A stretch of DNA of 63,900 nt, counting the filler. It is 15 parts of 15 records of this genome, joined end to end, with 100 filler letters (N's around TTAATTAATTAA, not from the genome) between each part and the next. Parts side by side here need not be neighbours in the genome. Positions count along the whole stretch, not along the records: positions 45,220 to 48,984 come from SRR15195285_6360; positions 49,085 to 53,279 come from SRR15195285_6363; positions 53,380 to 57,113 come from SRR15195285_6365; positions 57,214 to 60,552 come from SRR15195285_6377; 11 more parts are not named here. The stretch is one strand, 5' to 3'. Both the position numbers and the translations under genes were made by a program. Within the stretch, counting starts at the first letter, position 1. Every line of letters starts with the position of its first letter. Under the pieces are notes generated by a model. It saw only the letters and a list, made by a program, of their open reading frames with translations, made no database searches and had not been told where the DNA came from. Positions 46,472 through 57,572 of the stretch are shown piece after piece.

Positions 46472-48817
46472 TCACCTCATTAGGTCTCCCTTCCCGCCGC
46501 ATACAGCTTGCTCCATCTTCTCCTGCATCGTATGTGATAGCCTGATGCGCCCAAGCAACGACGCATCTACATGCTCCTGCCGCCGTCGCTCTCGGTACGC
46601 TGGTGGTGACTGCGCACGCTCACCATAACTTAGTAAAGTACCGGCAGGTGGCATCCCAAGTGCCAAGGCGCGTCTGTCAACCTCACGTGAAGGGGGTGGG
46701 CTGGAACTGCTGGCCAGACCAAGTAGAATCGGCGCTTGGTGTTGTAACTGACGCGCGACCCAATCTGAATTGTCGTGAACCATCGGTTGAGTGATAGCCA
46801 TTCGATCATCGTGGCTCTTTGCAAGCGGAGACAGTCGTCTATTGTATGGAGACTGCAGTCGCATCTTCTCTGTTGCTGCAGCTATTTGCTGCAACTCGAG
46901 GTGCCTCAGCACCTGAGTGTGTAGTTCAAGATCAATTTTCGAAGGTCGAGATCGTGGGTCTCCAGTCTTGCCCGTTTCAAAGGACACTTTCTCTCGACTC
47001 TTCGTAGTGACTCCAGGACCATGGCCACGGTAGAGTGTAGCAGGAAACTTCATCCCACGTGCGTGCGCATCTGTGCCACCAAGCGAATTGAACTTGCGTC
47101 TCAGTGTCCGTCTGAGCTCCGTCTCGCCATCTGAAACATCTCGACGAGCTACCTTCTCGCGTGCCTTCATCCGGGCCAGGCTCCCAAATTTGGACCTAGT
47201 ACTGGATACCGATGACGCAGTCGCGGCACGAGGAATAGCCATGCCGCTGCTTTGCCAGACAGACGCGGCATTCTCGGCGCTAATCGCGTCCCGCACTTCA
47301 CGCAGCACCCCCTCGTTTACCTGACCAAGATCCACGACGAGCTCTCCAGGTTTGCCTGGTGCGCTTTCGTCCACAGAGTGTGGGCACATCTTCGCCAACA
47401 TTGCCACCACCGCTTTCTGCCGTGGCGATGGCAGCCGCTCCAGCCTCTCAGCTAAGTCACGACGCTGTGACATTACATCCTTTCCTGTCTCCTCACGGCC
47501 TGGCGGCGGTGTCCTCAGAACGTTTCGCAAATGCAGCGAGCGAATGATATCCTCGCCCTCACCCCAGTCCCAAGTATCAGGGGCATCGTCGAGCGACGTG
47601 AAAGTGCCACCGTCACTGCTTGCAGCGAGATGGGCACCTCTAGAGGATGCACGGCTGCCGCTCGCAGTCTGGTGGCCTGCCTGGGCACTCGCCCGCACGC
47701 CGGTGTACTCTGCCGCACGCAACGCAAGTTCGATCGTCCGTGTGCAAGCGGTGACGTCTCTTTTGCAACGCGCAACTCTCTCCGACACAAATGACTGTGC
47801 TGCCAAACGCCTAAGCAGCTTCTTCCGCAGGTACTTCCGCAGAATACGCTTCATGTGCTCGACCTCAAGTGCACGCACGATCTGCCGCTCCTCCTCCTCT
47901 TGGTGCACCTTAATCAACCGCACGGCAGTGCGCAGGATCCGGCGCCGCTTGGCGACCTTTTGTCTTCTGATCCGGAACTCTTTTACGCGGTCCTGCCGCC
48001 TTGCATTTCCCTCCGCAAATGCCAAGGCCCTCGCAGCATCCTCCCTCCGCCTTGCTGCCACCGCTCCTGCCTGAATTCGCGCGCGTCGCGTGCGTACAGC
48101 CTCCTTCGCCCCAGCAGCGAGCTGATACAGCAGCTCGCAACGTCGCCTCTTCTCTCTAAAGTATGCGCGTTGCAGTCGGACCACCGAGACCAGCATAAGT
48201 TCACCACGCACGACGGCGAGCCGCGCGGCGTACACCCGCCAAGCCGTCTGCAGCGTGCGCGCAGCTAGGCTCTCCTTCAGCATGCATCGCTCTCTCCCAC
48301 CGCGCCAGCACCGCTGCACAAGCCTGGCAGCAGTCACCATCCTCCGCGCACGTTGCCGCCGATAGACACGGTAGTGGTGCCGGATGAAGTTTGCACGGCA
48401 TGCTCGGGCGATATCCTCCATGCGGTCGATTTCCAGCTTGATCTTAGCAATGCGATCTTCTTGGGTCGCGAGCCTGAGGCGCACCTTCTTTCGCTGCCTC
48501 GGACGCTTCTGCGGCGTCGATGTGCCCGTCCTGCTATCCTCAATCCGTCGCTGGCGTGCGATGGCCGCATGATTTTCGACGACTGAGGCCGCCACAGTGA
48601 GCTTGGCGAGATCAGCTCGCCGCTTTTTCTCACGTGCGGCCTGCGCCTCCGCGCTGCGCTGGGCCCGTGCCTCTTCCGAGCGCAACGCCGCCGCCCGGCG
48701 CGCTGCCTTGACCCGGTCGGTCTGGCTGGCCAGGTCGTCGGGCGTGCGGCTGCGCTGCTCGGCCTGCGCCTTGAAAGAGACCCCACGGTCCACCTTCCTG
48801 CCATCTCCGCTCCCCAT
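46472..48817 (-). CDS. Basic coiled-coil IQ-motif protein with an ET (extra-terminal)-like domain
   Basis: 781-aa ORF. IQ-like motifs LVQRCWRGGRER and LQTAWRVYAAR. ET-like segment MSQRRDLAERLERLPSPRQKAVVAML...ELVVDLGQVNEGVLREV. Confidence 0.7.
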   Translation of the reverse strand: MGSGDGRKVDRGVSFKAQAEQRSRTPDDLASQTDRVKAARRAAALRSEEARAQRSAEAQAAREKKRRADLAKLTVAASVVENHAAIARQRRIEDSRTGTSTPQKRPRQRKKVRLRLATQEDRIAKIKLEIDRMEDIARACRANFIRHHYRVYRRQRARRMVTAARLVQRCWRGGRERCMLKESLAARTLQTAWRVYAARLAVVRGELMLVSVVRLQRAYFREKRRRCELLYQLAAGAKEAVRTRRARIQAGAVAARRREDAARALAFAEGNARRQDRVKEFRIRRQKVAKRRRILRTAVRLIKVHQEEEERQIVRALEVEHMKRILRKYLRKKLLRRLAAQSFVSERVARCKRDVTACTRTIELALRAAEYTGVRASAQAGHQTASGSRASSRGAHLAASSDGGTFTSLDDAPDTWDWGEGEDIIRSLHLRNVLRTPPPGREETGKDVMSQRRDLAERLERLPSPRQKAVVAMLAKMCPHSVDESAPGKPGELVVDLGQVNEGVLREVRDAISAENAASVWQSSGMAIPRAATASSVSSTRSKFGSLARMKAREKVARRDVSDGETELRRTLRRKFNSLGGTDAHARGMKFPATLYRGHGPGVTTKSREKVSFETGKTGDPRSRPSKIDLELHTQVLRHLELQQIAAATEKMRLQSPYNRRLSPLAKSHDDRMAITQPMVHDNSDWVARQLQHQAPILLGLASSSSPPPSREVDRRALALGMPPAGTLLSYGERAQSPPAYRERRRQEHVDASLLGRIRLSHTMQEKMEQAVCGGKGDLMR

Positions 48818-48847
48818 GCTGCAGCAGCATCAGGGCATGCTATAGTG

Positions 48848-48871
48848 CAGTACAGTACAGTACAGTACAGT
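48848..48871. repeat. (CAGTA)n pentanucleotide repeat about 30 nt upstream of ATG 48817
   Basis: CAGTA x4 plus CAGT. Related GTACAGTAC/TAGTAC runs occur near other gene starts (about 25135-25153 and 57088-57104). Confidence 0.8.
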
Positions 48872-49084
48872 GACACGGAGGAGCCACCGCGCCCAGTAGT
48901 CACATCTCAAGAGGCCATCGCGACGGAGGGAGGCAGCAGTTCCCTCGAGGAATACTACAATCGGAGATTTTAGTATGAGAACGGNNNNNNNNNNNNNNNN
49001 NNNNNNNNNNNNNNNNNNNNNNNNNNNNTTAATTAATTAANNNNNNNNNNNNNNNNNNNNNNNNNNNNNNNNNNNNNNNNNNNN

Positions 49085-52000
49085 CCTCGTGCTGCTCCCT
49101 CATCTGCCCCTCCACCTTCGCGATCGATTCCTTCAGCTCGCTGGTATCTGGGCTGCTCCCAGACCCGTCGTCGTTCTTCGGCTGCAGCACGTCCTGGAAG
49201 TCCATTTGGTTCGCTAGCACCTCCAGAAACTCGGGAAAGTAGTCGGGGTTCTCGAGCTCCGCCGTGGTCATGAGCGCTTCCTCGTGAATCATCACCTCCG
49301 CTTTCCGCTTCCGGACGTCCACCTCCGCCGTCTCCATCGTCTTGTCGTAAATCTCCGAGACGATCGCGATCAGCACATTGAACATCACAATGATCACCAG
49401 GAACAAAAACACCAGGAACGTCGCCAGCGCGATGTATTCGAACTGGCTGATGTCAAAGTCGCCAACCATCGCCATGGTCGTCGTTAGTATCCCAGGCAGC
49501 ACAGCGGTGATAGTGGCGTTGCTCGTGATGAAGGCGGCATTGCCCGGCATCGAGACAGCGAAGGACGCGGTGAATCCCCAGATCACTATGGACATGACCG
49601 ACACAAAGCCGATGACCGCTGAAGTCGTCTCTGTCATGACCTTGATCAGTGGCCCTGTGAGCATGAATGGCTGCAGCAGCTCCAAGAGAGAGAAAGAGTT
49701 GAGCAGCACACCAATAGCACCCACTTGCTCCAAGAGAAAGGTCGCATCACAATAGTGCGCCACAGAGGCGATGTACAGAGCAGCAATGCCCCCGAGATTG
49801 CAGAGGTTCCATCCACTCTCAAAGTACTCACAGAGCGCGGCCCGGCTGCTGCCACTGTCACTGCAGCGACAGGCAGCAGCAGCAGCAGCAGCTTGCTCAT
49901 CGGTGGTGCTGATTGGATTACGGTGCGGCAGGAGCAGATACACACGTTCCTCTTCCTCTGCCATTGCCTCCATTGCCTTCGCTTGCATGTAGATATCGCG
50001 TAGTTCACGGAACAACATGAAGCTGTTTGTCAGCACTAAAGCAACCTGCAGCACGTCGCACCACATCGACATCGTCAAGCTCAAATCGTCGAGCCGAAAT
50101 TCGCTCCAGTCACTATCACTATCACTGTCATTCCCATTGTTGTTCCCGCTGTCGTTCCGCTTCTCATGCGACAGCTGAGTGCTCATCATGAGCGTCACTG
50201 CTGCTAGCAAGAGGTGCAGCATGTAAATCAGCAGCGTCCGAAGAACTCGGCGAAGTCCATACGTCTTCCACTTGTACTCAGTAGCCACCTCCATCAGCTT
50301 TGTGTTGAGGAGACTGTTGAACGCCTCCTCTGAGAGGGTGGCGCCAGCCTGATAGACTTGCGTGTACGGAGGCTGTGGCTTCGTAGCAGTTGGTGCGCCG
50401 ACGAAGCCGCGCAGAGCAACGACTGTAAGCTGCGTGGTGCATCGAATCGCTCCACTCTGCTTTTGTTTCTCCGTCGCGTTGAACGGCATCGGGTGCTCGT
50501 TCCACTCTGCCTTCTCAAGCTGGGGGCTGCATGTGCCTCTGACGGCAAACCGGTCGTGGTGGTGGGCGAGATAGTGATAGACCCGCTGCGTGCGGAAGAG
50601 ATGATAGTAGCTTGGGTCCTGCAGTCTCTCGATCGACCACAGCAGTGACCCAGACAGATGCTTCGCTATGAGCTCGAGCGCTCGTGTCAGATGGCACGTG
50701 TTGGCCAGAGGTAGCTTGGGATTGAGCGCTGTCAGCAGCATATGTGTATTGCCAACGCTTTGTTTCTCGACTGCAATATCGAGCGCCGTCTGCCCGTTGT
50801 GATTGACCAGCAGCTCGTAGTCAACGCCACCAGGTACCTTGGCCGTACTCTCATCAAAGTTGACGAACGAAAGCCAGTGGTTTATGCAGTCCCACAGGTG
50901 CCCTTCGGACCGTTGTCGAAATCCACCTGACGCAACGTGATGCAGCACAGTGGCGCCGCTCTCACCATCGCGGAAGTTGATCACGTGCGGCCATTGCGCC
51001 AGCAGCAGCGGGATGGCCTGAGGATTCAGTTCGCTGAGGCGGTTGAGCTGCTCGAGGGAGAAGTTGCCGTCCTGCTCGAAGCTGCGGATGAAGGCGCTGA
51101 CGTCGATGAGGCAGAGCTGGCTGCCGACTACCGCCTGCAGGACGAGCGGCTGCGGGGGACCGTTGCCATCGCCGTGCTCGGCAGGTGTTCCCGCTGCGCC
51201 GTCCGCCGGTGATGGGCTCGCCACCCAGCAGAGAGAGCCGACCGGAGAAATGTCCGTCCTGGGCATGGGCCCGGCCGGCAGCATCAGCGAGCGGAAGCAC
51301 CTGCTCCAGGCTGGCTCCTCGCCAGATTCGACGTGCACGATCGCAAAGTCTTCGCTGTCTCGTTTGCAGACCAGCACGTACTCGCCGTCCGGCGACATGT
51401 GAAGGAAAGACCAGTGATCCCATCGCACTTTGAAGCTCTGCAGCTCCTTCCACCCGTCCACCTCCATGATCTGGACGGAGCGGGTCTCGTGACGCCAGTA
51501 CGCCAGCCGCTCGCCTCCATGGTAGAACTCAGCGCCCTGTATGAAGCCTTTGCAGCCAGGCAGCTCGTGCAGCGCCTCGCCGCTCTCCAGGTCGCGCACC
51601 AAGCCGTTGTGGGTTTCCCCCCAACAAGTCGTGACGAAGAAGCGGTTGCTCGGGTGTACCAGGCAGCTGTGGAAGTTGCCACCCTTGGTGACGGGGATCT
51701 TGTGCAGCAGCTTGCCGGTTGTGGCGTCGTAGATCCACGCGTGTTTGCCCCAGATCGTGAGCAGCTTGCCGTCGGGGCTGTAATCGATGCCGCCAGTCCA
51801 GCTATCGTCACCGCACGAGAGCTGCCGCAGCTCCTGGCCCGTGTGCACGTCCCGCAGGGAGACCCGCTTCATCTTCCGCATAGCCACGGCCACCTGCGCG
51901 CCAGCCGGCTGCAGCGCAAGCGCCACCCACCAGGCGCTGATCTCTTCTCCCGCGTCCGTCTGCCACAGCACCTTGCTGTCGGACCGCCGTAGCGCCGCCA

Positions 52001-53279
52001 GCCGCCTGCCGCTCGCCAGTACCGCCACCGTGTCCGAGGCCACCGCGGCGCTGAGCCGCTCCTCGCCCGGCAGCATGTACGTGGCGAGCGGCCCTCGCGG
52101 CAGCAGCTCGTGCACCAGCACTGGGTTGCCCTGGTCGCCGCCCGTCGCGAGCAGATCGTCCGCCGGGCTGAACGCGCAGGCGTGCCGCTCCTTGGTCTGG
52201 ATGGCGCGGACGCAGACCGCCGCCGCCACGTCCCAGATCGCGAACTGGTTCGACGGTTCATAACCAGCGCACAGGAAGCGGCCGTCGTGGCTGAAGGCCG
52301 TGGAGGCCAGATGTTGCGGCTCTGCCTGCGGGTTCCTGAGTATCTGCGGCGGGTTGCCCCATCCGTTGGCGCTCGAGAAGATGGCCAGCTCCTCCCTGCT
52401 GTTTCCGCACATCCCCACTGCCAGCATCGTGCCGTCGGGGCTCATGGCCAGGCTGTGGGCCTCTGCTCCTGGCACCGTCAGCGTCGTCAGCGGCTCGAAG
52501 CCCGACTGCACCTTGTACAGCCGCACCTGCTTCTGGTTCGGCTTGCCTTTCCGCCCGGTGACTGCCAGCACCTCCTCCGAGAACGCCAGGCAGTTGTGAC
52601 CGCCGCCGTGCTGCACCGCGGGGAAGTCCTCGATCACCTTCACGGCGCTGTTCGACCGCGACTCGCGGATCTCCAGGACCGCCGTCTCCCAGCGTACCGC
52701 CGCCACCCGCGCCCCGTCGCGGCTGAAGGCCACCCCCGCGAACCGTACCCCCGTCCCGATCTCCCACAGCAGCTCGCACCGCGGCTCCTGGCCCTCGGCC
52801 CCGCACTGCGTGAACTCGTACATGACCAGGCCGCCACGGGCGGCGATGCAGAGCAGCTGCCCGTCGGGCGACACGGCCGAGGTGTACACCGCGCCGCCGT
52901 CGTGCTCCACGCCGCCGTTCGTGCATGCGCCCGTGCGCAGGTCCCACAGCGAGAGCTCCTTGCACTCCTTATGGAACCCGCCGTGCACCAGCGTCTGGGC
53001 GTCGGGCGTGAAGTAGAGGCCGCCGCGGATGCTGGCACCCGCGGCGGTCTCGTGCAGCACGCGGTCGGCCGGAGCCTTGGGCGGGCCGCCGGCGTGTGCG
53101 GCGTGCGTGGCACCACCTCCGTGCGGCGAGTCGTCGTCCGCAAAGTCCACGCTGCCCAGTACCTTCAGGAGCGTCTCGTCGTCTGCGACCGCTTTCGCGG
53201 AGCTGACCACCTGCCGCAGGTGTGCGACCTCCGCCTTGTGCCTCTCCATCTCCTTCTCCGCCTTGTGCCTCTCCACCTC
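49085..53279 (-). CDS. WD40 beta-propeller + ankyrin + 6-TM TRP-like cation channel (both ends truncated, no introns seen)
   Basis: Many WD-type repeats (FTPDAQTL, VSPDGQLL, FSRDGARV, MSPDGTML, FSHDGRFL, FSPADDLL, YSPDGKLL, MSPDGEYV). ANK motifs GATVLHHVA and GQTALDIAV. YKWKTYG pre-S1, YFESGWN, GPLIKVM, pore MVGDFD and S6 FLVIIVMFNVLIAIVSEIY. Confidence 0.85.
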
Positions 53280-53525
53280 NNNNNNNNNNNNNNNNNNNNN
53301 NNNNNNNNNNNNNNNNNNNNNNNTTAATTAATTAANNNNNNNNNNNNNNNNNNNNNNNNNNNNNNNNNNNNNNNNNNNNAGTCAAAATTTACATAATAAT
53401 CATAGTACAAATACATAGAAATGAACACGAGTCTTCATGTGTTAAATCCCTGTGCCACGGACGCGCGCGCGCGGGACGCGCCGCCGCGGGGAGCGCGCGC
53501 GTGCGCCGTGCGGCAGGGCGAGGCG

Positions 53526-54497
53526 ATGTGGGTGCTCAGTTTAGCGCTGGCCGCCGTGGCAAGCGCTGCTATATTCATTGGCAGCAGTGAAGCAGCCTCC
53601 GACACCGGCTCCATTCGCTGCTCGAACGCCACCAGTGGCTGGGGCTCCAATGTCACCTGCCCTGCCGGTTCTCTCGGCTGCGTGGCCAGGAAGATCGGCT
53701 CACCTCGCAATGGGTTCCCATGGAGCTGCAAAATGCCTGCTGTCAGCGCTGGGTCGCCACCAGGCAAATATACCGTCTGCAGTACCGGCGCACCGTTCCC
53801 ACTGTCGACCGGTAAAAAGAACGTGCTTATCATCGGCGATAGTGTCTCGAACGGGTACTTCCTGGAGGGAACGCCCGGCACGAACGTGCCGGAGTTGCTG
53901 AGCGACGTTGCGCTTACCCAGCACGCGCCCTTTTCGCCGGGCAGCGGGGGCGCTGGACCAACGAGCCACGGGATGGACTGCCTCGACGTGTACTTGCAGC
54001 TCGCGAACGGACAGGCTGCACACTACGACGTGATCACATTCAATTTTGGGCTTCATGATCTGGGCAACACGACGGCAGACTTGGCGACCTACAGCAAACA
54101 GCTGAGCGACATTGCCGACAGACTGGTTCGCACCAAATCGAAGCTTCTCTACCTGATGACCACGCCTATGATGCCCGAGTGTTGTGGTGGTGCGGCATTG
54201 CTACCCTCCAGCGAGGGCGCGCCAGTTCCAAAATGCAAAGAAGGCGCGTCCGCGACGTACCGCTGCGACTCTGTTGTGGTCCAGCTGAACGCCGCTGCGG
54301 CAAAAATCATGGAAGCGCGGAACATCCCGACGCTGGACCTGCATAAGACGGTGACGGACATATGCGCACCGCAGCCACCACACATCTACACAAACTGCTC
54401 GATATGCAGGATGGAGCCTTGCTCGTACCACTACAATCCTGGGGGATACGCACATATCAGCAAGCCCATCGCCACCGCAGTACGCCAGCTACTGTAG
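53526..54497 (+). CDS. Secreted SGNH/GDSL hydrolase (esterase/acetylesterase-like)
   Basis: Signal peptide MWVLSLALAAVASAA, block I LIIGDSVS, block III FNFGLHD and block V CSYHYNPGGY. Confidence 0.85.
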   Translation: MWVLSLALAAVASAAIFIGSSEAASDTGSIRCSNATSGWGSNVTCPAGSLGCVARKIGSPRNGFPWSCKMPAVSAGSPPGKYTVCSTGAPFPLSTGKKNVLIIGDSVSNGYFLEGTPGTNVPELLSDVALTQHAPFSPGSGGAGPTSHGMDCLDVYLQLANGQAAHYDVITFNFGLHDLGNTTADLATYSKQLSDIADRLVRTKSKLLYLMTTPMMPECCGGAALLPSSEGAPVPKCKEGASATYRCDSVVVQLNAAAAKIMEARNIPTLDLHKTVTDICAPQPPHIYTNCSICRMEPCSYHYNPGGYAHISKPIATAVRQLL

Positions 54498-55024
54498 CGC
54501 CTACATAGTTGGAGGGCTCTATGCCCTGCGTGGGGTCCACTGCCGCGAGTTCCTAGGAGCTGATGGTTATTGCTGGCGTGGCCGCGACTCACCGTCGATA
54601 GTTCATTTCAAAGAATGAATACTGACTGAGTCAAAATATTTGACTGAATCACACACCAGTGCATTTACACGTGGTGTTTGTTGCCCACAACTGCTGATGA
54701 AGTTTGCAAGCGCACCCCACCATCCCAGGGCGTCTCTCGTGTCGTGGGCGCCGGTGGAGACTTACCGCACGCCGGATTGCCGATTCCTTGATGATATTGT
54801 CAGAGACCTGACTGGGAGATAGTACTGTGCAGTTTCTGAGACACTCAGGATTGAGCCGGATCATACAATGACTTTGGTTTCTGGGTGTCTCAGAAAATGC
54901 AGCGTAATCTAAATCGAACGGTAATGTAGCACGCTGTCTTGATTGCACGTGGTCCTTCTTTGCCGACACTATCTTGTGGCACGTGTGGGCAGTTCGATTC
55001 ATTGGTCAACAGTTGCGTGTCACT

Positions 55025-56852
55025 TTAGTACGGCTTACCACACGCGCTGACCTGGTCGCAACTACATCGGCTTGGGCAAACTAACGACCCGCTTTTCGCA
55101 AGCCGATCATTTGTACTCCAAATCGAGTCGATGAATTCAGGTGATTGCGAGTCGACTGAACTGTTCCAATTCCACAACGCTGCAGCACCGACGATCGCGC
55201 GCGGCCAAATCATCCCACCGTAGGATTTGGCGTATTCGGCATCCCTACTGCGGTTGTATAGCTCGCCACCTTTTTCTGGGTGGTACTGATGCATTGCGCC
55301 GCACTCGCGTGGGTTGCAGTACGTGTCTGTCCATGCTGTCATCTCGCCGCCGAGCAGCAAAGACCGTTCAGCAGTTGGTACGCTGCGTCCAATGTCCAGC
55401 CTGCAGCAACACGACACCGCCGTTGAATGTCAGCCCACTAGATGTCAGCCCACAAAGACACTTGCAGCACAATCCGAGTATCTACTGCTAGCGATTGCGT
55501 CCGAGTACTACCACGAGCTTCCACGGTCAGATGTGATACTGCCGAGTCTGGGCTACGTACCAAATGTCGGCCCAATTCGTCGGCGATCCAGCCATCGGCA
55601 CGGTAAAGTACATGGACGCATTGCATTCTACGGCTCGATGACCTGTTGCAGTTACTGCAGCCACTGGCTGCATGTATGAGTACACAATGGTGTCTTGCGT
55701 CGCAGCAGCGGTCTTGAAGAGAACTTGCTCCCACCCCGCAGGCGTCTTATTGAAGTCATCCGCGACCGCCTCTACCACTCTCCTTTCGAGCACGGCTGTA
55801 GCGTTTTCGTCGCAATCGTCACCAGCGTTGACAAACGTCTCGTCCGCTCCAATGTGAAACACCTGGTCTTCAAACAATGTTGCCATCTCGCCCAGTACCT
55901 CGTGCAGCACTCGGAAAGTACCCGGGGTTGCCTTGAGCTGCGACGGCATGCAACCGTCGGGATACGCACACGTCGCGCAGAATTCCAGCCCACCCGGTGT
56001 TGCGATGGGCTTGAACCCCAACGCGTGTCCAGGCATCTCGAATTCTGGCACTATCCGCACACCGCGATCTTTCGCATAGATGAGCAACGCGCGGATTTCG
56101 TCCTGTGTGTAGTGACCAGCATTGGCACCCACGAGTGAGGCTGTGAGATTCGGATATAGCTTCGACTCAACGGCGAATCGGCAGAAGTCGCTCAAGTGCA
56201 GGTGCAGAACGTTCAGCTTCACGGCGGACATCGTATCAATTATGTTATGCAGCAGACTGAGGGGAGCAAATCTCCTCCCTGTGTCCACCATAAGTCCCCG
56301 CCACACAAACTCCGGCGCGTCGGACACCGTAAGGTTCGCTGCAATGAACAACCCAGACTCCACGTTCACGAGCTGAGCAAAAGTAGTCATTGCGTACATG
56401 GCCCCGTAAATGCTCTTCGCGTGCCCCACTGCCTCCGTGCCACTCACAGAAAGCGTGTACGCAACGTCAGTTGCAACACTCAGCTCGTCCGAAAAGTTTT
56501 CAACGTTAAGGTCCAGTTTGCGCAGCACCTGCAGATGTGCACCAGCGGCCATGGCTGTCCGGCGCGCTGCAGCGGTCTCCGCTGGTGCGACAAGCAACCC
56601 AAAGCGCCGCACGGCTCGCTCCAGGCGAGAGCGGCCAGCAGCGTCCGAGCTGACAGCTTTAGGAGCTGCAGCTACATGTGCTGCTGAGTGCACCGCTGCA
56701 GTGAAGTCGACATGCAGGGCGCAGCCGCTGCCCGTCGCAATCTGCGCGCGCTGAGGTATCGGCAACACCGGGATCTGCTGACACCCTGCAATTCTGCCGA
56801 AGTGTACTACGGCGGCGAAAAATGACAGCGACAACAGTAGCACCGGCGACAT
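55025..56852 (-). CDS. Beta-N-acetylhexosaminidase, GH20; intron 55401-55560
   Basis: Signal peptide, WRGLMVDTGRRF, KLNVLHLHLSD, GVRIVPEFEMPGH, catalytic HIGADE, and a spliced last exon with LLGGEMTAW...IWPRA. Confidence 0.93.
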
Positions 56853-57021
56853 CCGCGTCTGCGACCCTCCGCGACCTTCGCTTGCGCAACGCTCACGCTC
56901 AAGAGCGACGGCTACAGCAGGCCGGCGTGAGCAAGGCGTGCGATGCGCGCGGTGTCTACCGCGCGCGCGCGCGCGTACACAGAAAGTACGCGTATACCGG
57001 TACCGCGCGTACACCAAGGCG

Positions 57022-57049
57022 GCACCTCCATATGCGCATATGGAGGTGC
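57022..57049. repeat. Perfect 28-bp palindrome GCACCTCCATATGC-GCATATGGAGGTGC
   Basis: Exactly self-complementary with no loop, about 170 nt upstream of the GH20 ATG. Confidence 0.9.
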
Positions 57050-57572
57050 AGCCCCGGAAAGCGGGAGTTATCCATTCATGCATTATCAGTACGTAGTACA
57101 GTACGCAAATTCANNNNNNNNNNNNNNNNNNNNNNNNNNNNNNNNNNNNNNNNNNNNTTAATTAATTAANNNNNNNNNNNNNNNNNNNNNNNNNNNNNNN
57201 NNNNNNNNNNNNNCAGGTAGATCAGAATAATAAGATCTATCCCGCATACGGCATAGGGGTAACATTCGAATATTGTCTCTATGTGCGGCGGCACCTACAC
57301 CTACCCGCGCGCCGCGGTATATATATGTAGGAATCCTACACGCGTGTGTCGTCGCGCTCGGACCGTCGCGGCGCCGGGCGGGCGCAGCTCGCGCGCGTGC
57401 GGGGCGCGTGCGTGTGCGGACAGAGCTCCGTCGCACGCCCGCGGGGGCGGCGCGCTACGTCTGTATAGCGTCGCTACTAGTACGTAACGTAGGGTGCGTC
57501 TGCCACTTGCAAAATCGAGGACGTCCAACCGGTTCCTTCTTTTAGCTTGCCGCTGCGTCGGGAATGGTGCGT

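Noticed and set aside
52110-53279. Long antisense ORFs (e.g. 52110-53327, 40197-41312, 43447-44301, 28534-29421, 11379-12080)
   Set aside because: They are shadow ORFs caused by high GC3 on the opposite coding strand and carry no motifs.
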